From: Marsupella aquatica
Lineage: Eukaryota; Plantae; Marchantiophyta
Reading direction: 5' to 3'
Length of the DNA stretch: 64,000 nucleotides
NCBI GenBank assembly: GCA_973895155.1
Contig: OZ316895.1
Location: forward strand, 18,898,508-18,962,507
The number at the start of each line of letters is the position of its first letter. Position 1 is the first letter of the stretch. A model generated the notes under the pieces. It was not told the DNA's origin. It searched no databases and saw only the letters and a list, made by a program, of their open reading frames with translations. The translations under genes were made by a program, and so were the position numbers. Positions 12,547-21,406 of this stretch are shown one piece after another.

Positions 12547-13538
12547 CTACCTACTCTTTACTCCTGTGTTTATTCTACAGAATTTTGACGTTTGTCTGTG
12601 AACTTCGCTGACTACTTTCACAAACTCCCTAAAATTTGTGGCGAATAGCCCATGCGCAGCTCCTAGGCCTTTTGCGCATTGATTAGTTTCATGCTCAGTG
12701 AAGTTTTCCTTACGAGACATCCACAATATGATCTCTATGTGCCGAGGAGTAAGTTCTGAAGTTGTCAGTTGGAGAACATCATATTTGCGCACTGGCCACG
12801 ACGCAAAAAGTGAATTAGATTCCCCAAACCCCTGCAGTTGAGTGTATATCTGTTGATATTGTTTCCGGTCTTCAGCTAAATTCAGACTGGACCATTTTGG
12901 AGTGTTTCGCCACAAATACACACGCACATCTCTTGCTAAGGCCAACTCCTGCAACACTGGTTGAAGTTTGTTGCTTATAAACGTATCTGCAAGGAAACCA
13001 TTATTATTGCCGTTGAAGCAATCACAAAACAGCGTCAAGTATTCGGGGTTAAAGAAACTTCTATGAGGTAAATCATCAAGAAGGATGGTGTTGCTGTCAT
13101 TATAAGGTGCGTTTGTCCGATCTCCATTTAAAACGAGGTCATCCCAAATATTTTTCAGTAATTTCACAAAGCAATTTTTCCCTTTGTTTCTTCCAGCCCC
13201 ATAAAATATCCCAGTCGACAAGGCTTCCACTTCAGTTCTCACAAAGACAAATCGATGCTTCTCGTTGGGAAACACTTTCTCCAAAATCTCATGCACATTA
13301 TGATATACGGCACAGGTCCATATCCCCACATCAAATGTTTGAAGACACCATTCAACGAAGCGCCACATTCCCGGTCTTACATAGATGATTCTATTCTTTA
13401 GAAACAATGTCTCCCCGTTTTCAGTATTTATATCCCTAAGAGACTTTGCTCGCACTCTCGATGCACAATATGTAAGACGACATTCATGTCAAGTACGAGC
13501 AGTTTACGAGGAACGGTGTTTTGTATAATAGTTGCCAT
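12547..13538 (-). pseudogene. FCP1/NIF-family (HAD) phosphatase-like gene with one frameshift near the 5' end
   Basis: ATG at 13538 gives RKLLVLDMNVVL (HAD motif I variant). After a frameshift the 302-aa ORF has YVRPG...F...C...FDVGIWT, FVKLL..IW and YN.SNTILLDD.P.....NP. Confidence 0.8.
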
Positions 13539-13685
13539 ATCGTATGTTACAATATTTGCAGAGTGACGAAACAATAAATGAACATCAATATCGTAAAGTC
13601 AATGCAAGAGCGTAACATCAATTACGACGCATTGCAACGTATGGAAATCTGACGATAACCTATTCCACACGAGAATCGCGTAGAT

Positions 13686-14330
13686 CTAACTCAAATGGTG
13701 ACGATAAAGGCTTAGAATAATATTCCTCCTTTCAGCATCCATGTCCTTGGCTTTGAAATCAATAGGCTTCTCCCTACTCCGGTAATTGGCAAATTTCATG
13801 ACAAACACTCCGCAGTTGTAGTCATCGGTTTGAAGAGGGATGTCTTTACAACAATTTCTCGGCCATGACAAAGCATTCAGTTCCTTATGAGTTCTGAACA
13901 TGGCTTCATCATCTAGATATCTTGCTAGGTTCTCAAGAACTTTAGGGTTATCTCCGTGCAAAGAATCCAAATAGTCCAGTTTCCTAAGACCCATGTCGAT
14001 GACGACCAGTGCCCAATGGTTATGTCCCTCATGAATAGGGACCATGACCATCTCTACATCAGTTAAAAAGTACTCCAACTTCGAGGTCCAAGTTTGAACA
14101 TTGTCATACTTATATCCACCTCGAGCAAGTTCCGAATAGAACCAAGTATCAAAAATATGAACCTGCGAGAGGTCGGTACCCGCGGATTCTACTCTTGAAG
14201 CAATCAGACCAAAATAAGCATTCAGAATTTCAGAAGTTATCCATCGCTCGGGACCTAGACATGCCATCTCGCGATGAGTTATGACGCATCCACTGATTGT
14301 TGACAAAACTAAATCCTGATCCATGTCAGG
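13686..14330 (-). CDS. Ulp1/SENP-type C48 protease domain (C-terminus of the fusion gene)
   Basis: L.PERWITSEILNAY, FDTWFY, VPIH..HWALVVID, YLDSL and PLQTDDYNCGVFV. His-Asp-Cys triad and oxyanion Gln are all present. Confidence 0.93.
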   Translation of the reverse strand, partial: PDMDQDLVLSTISGCVITHREMACLGPERWITSEILNAYFGLIASRVESAGTDLSQVHIFDTWFYSELARGGYKYDNVQTWTSKLEYFLTDVEMVMVPIHEGHNHWALVVIDMGLRKLDYLDSLHGDNPKVLENLARYLDDEAMFRTHKELNALSWPRNCCKDIPLQTDDYNCGVFVMKFANYRSREKPIDFKAKDMDAERRNIILSLYRHHLS

Positions 14331-15009
14331 GTTGAGGCAAAAGTCTATTGCCACATCATTGTTCAGGTTGAGAGAAGTGGGAAAGAGTGAATTGGCACCT
14401 GCCTCATTTGCAGGCTCCATTGCAAGTTCCACAACAACATTATCGACATGTCCGATGACGGGCTCGACCTCGCATGGACCCTGATTTTCTGCCCAAGTGT
14501 GGGGAGGGGATGGATTGACGATGTTAACGGCCTCTTGAACTCCAGTGACAACCCGAAGGTAATCGGAAGGATCCTCAGACACAACTGGTGCAATATCATT
14601 TACAATTGAGTCCACCTCGCCAAACAACCCCACACGAGGCTCGCATAGAGATAGAGGTATCCCACCATCATTGTGTTCTTCCTCCACAAGAGGTCCTTTG
14701 GAACTCCCTAAGTGGTGGATTGGTCTTTGCGCCTCACCAAATTCCCATGGACGGCAAATCTGCTCCCCAACATTAATCATTCCAACACAAGGATCAGAAA
14801 ATCTGTTATCGTCTTGATGGGAGACTGTTCCAGTGACATGATAGTGCCTCCCTTCCTTTGTGCCACTTGCATTCAAGTTTTGCGTTGAGCTGCCCTCCCC
14901 TCTTGAAAGTTTCCATAAGGATTTTGCAAATTGTGCGACACCCTCCAACGAGTTGACATTCTCCGCATAAGCCGTGAGGTCCATCACATCCCCCCTTTCC
15001 GAACAAAAC

Positions 15010-15660
15010 GAGAAACATTCCCTTTCCAGAAGCAGGGCATTCTTTAAAACTTGCCCACCAGTAAAGAAGTCCAACACAATTTCCTCCTTCTCGGAAAATC
15101 AAAGAATGATTGCCTTGATAATTCTGCTGGGCTTAATGTTTGATGTAAATGTTCTGCCACCGGGGGTCCAGAAAGGAATGAGTCTATACAAGCCATCTCC
15201 AAGAGCGGATTTTTGCTTTGCTGCAACCTCTTCCTTGGAAAGGCCAGCATAATCTTCTTTGGCTGGTCTTGCCAGTTCAAGCTGATCCATGGATTCTGCC
15301 AAGAAATGACCTTGAAACCTCTGAAATATTTTTCCCAATCCGGTTCTCGTTCCTGGGAGACTCCAAGGAAAACAAGGGACTCAATAATACCAGACATGAA
15401 ATGCGATGAGCGGACTTCTTTCGCACTCTTCCAATAACTTCCATACTCCAGATGAGCATTATAACTGGAAGGTAGATCAGTGACAGCTTTAATAATTCTG
15501 GCCAGCAAGAGACCTGGGTGCACAAAAAACACGACAGTCACCAAGTCATTGGCGGGGACATTCATGACAGTCTTCAAGAAATTCAGCAGCTCCGATTGTG
15601 TCCAAGTATTTTGAATTGAGTGTGTCATATCGACAATAGCAAGTGATGCATTAATCCTCT
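15010..15660 (-). pseudogene. Beta-class DNA N6A/N4C methyltransferase-like domain, degenerate, within the fusion gene
   Basis: KPSRIIKAIIL*FSEKEEIVLDFFTGG.VLKNALLLERECF matches the KP..l...i...s..ge.VLD.F.GsG....A....R pattern (motifs X-I). It is in frame with Ulp1 across one TGA at 15099. Upstream ASLAIVDMTH (D at ~15630) sits at the expected DPPY position. Confidence 0.6.
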
Positions 15661-16689
15661 CCCTACAACTCGTCGAATCAAAAGGAGGCTCTGCGGAAGC
15701 AAGAAGATTCCCAGAGTAAAATATTCGATATGGATCCATTCTCTCACGGACAGTTCCCCCAAATTTCTTTTGGTAAATATTCCGTAACCTATTCTTCAAA
15801 GGTTCCGGCATATCGGATTTTGCAGAGACCTTGACTAAACTCTTGAAATAAGCATTGTCAACCATTGAGCAACATCTATCCAATTCTTCATTCGCGAAAT
15901 TAAACTTGCAGACCACGTCCGACCAAATGGCCCCAACATTGAAAACACTTTCATAGGTCTCACGGTAGAACCGCAAGATTGCACCTTTCAGCTTTTCAGT
16001 ATACTTGGCTTTCATGGCAAGATCAAACATTGAAGGTATATCTGTCCTTGCATGTCTTCTCTTCATCAAGAGAACCTCTCCCGATTGAACTTTATTCAAG
16101 ATAGAGGTAATCTCAGATTCTTGCGCCCCCTCAAATACCCTGAATGTCGTCCTAGTAAGTTGCTTTGCTTCCCTCTTCTTCCCAGTCATCTCTCCATTGT
16201 TGTCAGGTAAACTACCGGACAACCAACTATTGCAGACCGACATCCACAACTTATAGAGGCTCTCCGATGCAAAAAGGATCCAGTTGTATTTGCTGATGCT
16301 ACTCACTTTCAGTGTGACTTTGGCCAACCCTTTGTAATCCTGAAACCCAACAACAAATGGTAAGAACAACATAGTAAACCAAACCTTTGGAGAAGGTATC
16401 TTAGAGCCAAGCCTTGGATTCTACACGAGGCTCGTGTGGACCACAAAAGAAATTATTGTGTCAACAAGAACGGACCTGGAATTCCTGGGATTTTTGCCCT
16501 GACGGCACTGGCCGCACTAGTCGATTCATTTTCGAATATTGCATTCTCGCATGCCTGACCTGGTCAATGAATGGTGACGAGAAACGATGTGCTTCAGCTT
16601 GCAAGTTATTTGCATGTGAAATCTCAACCAACACCTTAACAGGTGTCGACCCCTTGAGAATTCTTGCATGACGGAATTTGAGGAGGTTG

Positions 16690-17000
16690 GTCGTTTCAAC
16701 TAGAGATGGTTGTGTCTGAGAACTCCAAATGATTTTCCTCGCGGCCATAGTCGAGTGTTGACCACTTATTGCAAAATATTGATACTCGGATAATTGTTTA
16801 GAATCAAAATCTCTGACGGAAAGATCAATAAGATTGTAAACACCATTAATCATCTTGTAAGGCACCAGATCTGTAGGCAAAGGTTCCTAACCGGCATTTG
16901 AAATCATCAACTGAACAAGATGGTTGACATGGTCTTCGTTGAGTAATTGCTCATTCATTTTTGCCGGCGGAGGATAGATATTCATCAAAGGAACAAGGAA
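16690..17000 (-). pseudogene. ParB/Srx-like N-terminal domain within the fusion gene
   Basis: VPLMNIYPPP...LLNEDHVNHLVQLM...G*EPLP..LVP...YFAISGQHSTMAARK. ORFs 16887-17792 and 16461-16880 are in frame across a single TAG. Confidence 0.6.
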
Positions 17001-18074
17001 CAATTTTGACAGCCCAAAAGAATACCAGCATCGGTTTTGTTGCAAAGTCTTTTCTGCCCTTTCAAGTCTGGCTTGATCAACGATTACTTTAGAACTCGAG
17101 TCAGCATTCATCTCTCCCATGTCATCGACGATATCCATCTCAATCATCTCCACTTTCTTACGTTGTTTCTTCAGGATTGGGACACCAGTTTCCGGTGCCT
17201 CTTCCGTTCCCTTAGTCTCTCTTTTGCGGCCCTTTCCACGCTTGGACTTCTTCGATCTTGTCACCCCATGGTCTGTGGATACGTCTTGCACTTGAGTATT
17301 GACCTTTTGAGATTTTGAGGGCACCTTCTGTTTCACAACAGCGGAAGGTGTTGTAGTGGAAGCCTTACGAGACAAATCCTTCTTAACGACACCTTTTGAT
17401 ATGGGTTTTGCTATCTCTTCCACAACTGCCTGCTTCTTTTGAGCCTTCTTCTGTTCTGGCATTTCGGCCGCTTTAATCTTCTTCTGTGGTTGTTTGGACT
17501 TTGCGATCTGTGGCCCTTTCACCTCAGTAGAGCTAGTGCGGATTTTTGCCTGAGGGACATTAGCTTTCCCAACCTTCTTTGGAAGAGCGATCTTTGAAGA
17601 CAATCTCTTCTTCTTGGAAGGAGGAGCGTCTTCTTCCATTCGCTTTCTTTTCTTTTTCTTCTGCACCTCCATCTCAGTCTCATAGACCTTTTCCTCGTCA
17701 GCCTCTGAGCCTCCCACTTCTGCGAGTTCTTCATCCATGGCTTGGATCTCATCTTCAAAGATCTCCTCTGTTCCAACCAACTCAGGACTCAAAGAGTCAC
17801 TGGGAACAATGCTCGGTTCATCTGATGTACCCTACGAACTTGATGATCCTAAATCTGAACTCGACGACGATCCAGGTTCCTGTACAACTTTGCTTGCTTT
17901 GAGAGGGGTATTTACAAACAACAGGAAACAGCAAATAGTAACAGAAAACAAAAACTGGTAATAGGAAAATGAGTGGTAATTTTTTTGAAAATTTTTTGAA
18001 AATTTTTTGGGGAAAAAAAAAGTTTTTTTTTTCAAAATTTTATTTATTTTTGCTAGCGTCCGGCGCTGGTAATG

Positions 18075-18992
18075 CTAGCACCCAAAGCTAGCCAAAAAAT
18101 GTTGTAACTTAGATTTTTTTGGAAAATGAGATTTTTTAGAAAATATTTTGACATGGTTAGTTTTCCTGGTAACAATAACTTTTTGCTGGTAACAGGAAAA
18201 ATTTTCCTGGTACCAGTAAACCTGTTTCCTGTTTACTGTCACGCGTGCCATACCCGCTTTGAGATTTGGGCCACCACCATGACGTCCGTGCCTTTTCTGA
18301 TTCAAATTGAAGACCTTCACTACAAGATGGATCGCAACCCAATGTTTAATCCTTTCCTCGTCAACTGGATCTGGGAAAGCAATTTCCGGAACTATCTCGA
18401 TCTCCTGCCGGAGTTCATCTTCCGGTAAAGATAGAGACATAACGTAAACAACATGCCTGGTTGCAGAAAGGTGAGATTGATAATCTTCGAAGAACAAAAA
18501 ACTAACCCTTCAGAAAGGTGAGATTGATAATCTTCGAAGAACAAAAAACTAACCCTTCCCAACCCTGAAACAATATCCTCAGCAGTGAGAATATTATCTG
18601 GATCCATGAACGATGAGAGGATGGATCAAAAAATCCTAAGGACGTTATGTTCATTGTCGCATCATTTGGCTCAAGACAATGTGCGCAACAATATTGTTCA
18701 ACGGGAAGAGAGAACTCTCTATATCCACAATTAACGCGGTCCTCCACCGTCACTGTCAGAAAGACCTTCCCCTTCTGGTGCTCTAGTGCTTTTGAAATCC
18801 TACAATCGGCAAGCACACCCAAGTACTTCCAAAACCTCTTGGGCTTGGCAATAATGATCCCCCGCAACCAACACCTCCAAGCATCACCCTCCATACGCAT
18901 TTCAAAAGACCATGAATTGACAATTCGATTTTGGTGGCTAACATTGCTTTGACATAACGGCTGCGGTAGGCGCGGGTGGCTGAAACAAACAT
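18075..18992 (-). pseudogene. Unknown cargo gene with CxxC, disrupted
   Basis: Overlapping ORF pieces 18502-18900, 18392-18607 and 18075-18497 join once a frameshift and the 47-bp duplication are removed. Contains YCCAHC. Confidence 0.45.
18464..18557 (+). repeat. Perfect 47-bp tandem duplication
   Basis: cagaaaggtgagattgataatcttcgaagaacaaaaaactaaccctt at 18464-18510 and 18511-18557. Confidence 0.95.
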
Positions 18993-19246
18993 ACGGGAAT
19001 CCTAGGAAAGAACCAATACGAAAGATTTAGAACAGAGTCCAAGATGTCAAAACAAATGCCAAGATTTTATTATTCACAAAAATGGACAATCCGTCCAGAA
19101 AACAACTCATTCGACCAAAATGGACTTTGCCCGCTCGACTACCATCTTCTAAAGTTGGGGCACATATTCATCTGGGTGCCTCGATCTCCAACTAAACAAC
19201 TTGTCTAGTACTAAGTCTTGATAGATGAGTTCTAGGGAAATGTCTC

Positions 19247-19696
19247 CTAGACTGCTTCCTTCTTCAGCCTCTTGATAGTCTGGAGGTGGCCTTCCTCCTG
19301 GGCCGTCATGATAATCAGCTTCTTTGTGAGCGTCTGTATCTGACTCTCACGGAGCTCATCAAGCTTGGCGGCCTCCTTCATCACTAGGCACAACTCCTGA
19401 CATGTCTGAAGATGGTTTCGTTGAGCTTGAAAATATCTTCCAGCATAATCCTTTCTAATCGAACTAATCTCTTCATCTTTCTCCTTCATAGTTTCTTGCA
19501 GGGTCTCAAGTTCCTCGAGGACATCCTCAGTCATTTGGGACTCCTTCTCATGTTTATCTTTGATTGATTTCAGATGTTTCAAGGCATTGTCAATTTGGCC
19601 TTCAAGGTAACAAATGAGCCTCAGGTGAGTAACATGCTCTACACGAGAGTCGCGTGAAAGCAAATGGAAATGATATTTACTCCAATGCATTTTCAT
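19247..19696 (-). CDS. Coiled-coil cargo ORF, probably the last exon of a spliced gene starting near 20065
   Basis: E/K/L-rich heptads. GT/AG-like signals and T-rich tracts occur on the minus strand between 19620 and 20005. Confidence 0.45.
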   Translation of the reverse strand: MKMHWSKYHFHLLSRDSRVEHVTHLRLICYLEGQIDNALKHLKSIKDKHEKESQMTEDVLEELETLQETMKEKDEEISSIRKDYAGRYFQAQRNHLQTCQELCLVMKEAAKLDELRESQIQTLTKKLIIMTAQEEGHLQTIKRLKKEAV

Positions 19697-20668
19697 ACGG
19701 AAGCACTGATGGGATGAGGATTGTCCGGGATCTACACGAGAGTCGCATGAAGATAGAGATAAAAAACGTCTAAAATTGATTCAGAGAAAAAGACTGAGGG
19801 TTACCTTCAAGCATGATCTGTGCGTTCACGGCATAGTACTGGAGCTCATCTACACAAGTCTCATGTAGAAAACTTAGTACTGGGTATCGCATAACACAAA
19901 TAAATCTACACGAGACTCGTGTGGAAGGGACCGCTGAAATTTGAAATAAAAACAAACAACGAAAAGAAAAACTAAAGATCTACACGACTATCGTGTGGAA
20001 ATACCTTCAACTCTGGTACGACCGACATCTCCCGGACCTCCAATTTGGATAGATTCGCCATGAGACATCTTCGCACGTGTGAAACAATTTGCAAAATATG
20101 GACGGAATTGAGCAGAACTCAGAGGGAGAGACAAATGAGCGAAAGGGCGGAGAATGAGCGAGAGGGCAAAGATGAAGGAATGAGTAAATGAGCGAATCTC
20201 CTTGAAATATATACCTGACACGAGGAATGGGCGAGCGTGAAAATGGGCCAGCATAAAGCGTGAAGACATCATTAAGAGTGCCGCCAAAAATATCGACGAA
20301 TCTTACTAGGCGACAATCATGCAGAGCTATCAGCCTGTCACATTCGAGCAGATGTGCTTATTCTTTTGTCATTATCTGATGTCATTATCTGACATGATTA
20401 ATTGCGCCGCCAAAATATCGGAAAATCGGACCACACGACGATCTAGCAGAGCGGCCACCCTATCATTTTTGACCATTATATTCGGGATTTCTATCTGGGA
20501 ATGGTATTTATCGATTAGTTGTCCTGATTCTCTAGTCATTCTCTCGCCAGACATGAATGGTTCCGAGGACAAGTTCTGGCACGAGTGGTTTCGAGGACAG
20601 GTTTTGGCACAGGTTTGAGTCCAAGGACTGCTTCTGGGCGCCCAATCGGTACGTCCCTTCTGGGATTC

Positions 20669-20748
20669 CATTCTTGTGACTGTCTCATTCTTGTGACTGT
20701 CTCATTCCTGTGACTGTCTCCCCGGTCAGTGTCTCATTCCTGTCACTC
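20669..20748 (+). repeat. 17-bp tandem repeat (cattc(t/c)tgtgactgtct) x3 plus a partial copy
   Basis: Read directly from the sequence. Confidence 0.9.
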
Positions 20749-21027
20749 TTGGAGAATGTTTTTTTAGGACAATTATCTGTACCTCATTTCTTTCAAAAGT
20801 TCTACTAAATAGGGGTACTGTAATAGGATATTTAGGATTTCAAAGAGGAATTAGACCTCATTTCTTCCATAACTGCCCTAATTTTAGAATTAGACTTCAT
20901 TTCTTCTTAATTGAGGATGACTGAGGGTCCTGGCATGGGTTATGTCTTGGTCTTGAGGAATTGGACTTCAATTGTAACACAATTTATCAGTTGGGTGGTT
21001 CCTTAATGTGATATTACATGGATTGGG

Positions 21028-21116
21028 GATTTGTACCGTGTTGGAATTTGTACCCTAATGGAATTTGTACACTAGTGGACCTTTTACCCTGTTGAAATTT
21101 GTACCTTGTTGGACTT
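21028..21116 (+). repeat. 17-bp-period degenerate tandem repeat (aatttgtaccNtgttgg) x5
   Basis: Read directly from the sequence. Confidence 0.85.
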
Positions 21117-21406
21117 TCCTTCTCTCTTAGAGTGAAGCATCAAATAATAGTGGGTCCTTTCCTTACTTCTTGTGGGACTTTTTGTCATAAATGCATATGA
21201 TTGTGATAATTCCGTTACTTTTGGGAGATGTTTAGACCTAAGCTGATGCTCTACACGAGGCTCGCATAGCCATCAAACCTCCTTGTGTTTCCTTCCACTA
21301 CCTGTATGCGTTAATAATTCTACACGAGCCTCGTGTTGAGGGATACTAACGTGCATGTTTTATTCTGGTTCACCAAACCTTTTCCTGCTGGTGAATAATT
21401 CCCGTC

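Larger units (their letters stand above)
13686..17900 (-). pseudogene. Reconstructed ~1300-1400 aa fusion: acidic/basic low-complexity region, ParB-like, MTase-like, Ulp1
   Basis: Adjacent ORFs join through in-frame stops (17832, 16887, 15099), a probable phase-0 intron (GT at 16475; candidate acceptors 16421-16385) and one frameshift near 15320. Confidence 0.65.

Noticed and set aside
14461-14480. Thirteenth palindrome copy
   Set aside because: Only the right half (CTCGCATGGA) matches, so it was not counted.
15010-15660. Active 4mC/6mA methyltransferase gene
   Set aside because: No [DNS]PP[YF] motif, a reduced glycine loop, and a stop and frameshift in this copy. Only fold similarity is claimed.
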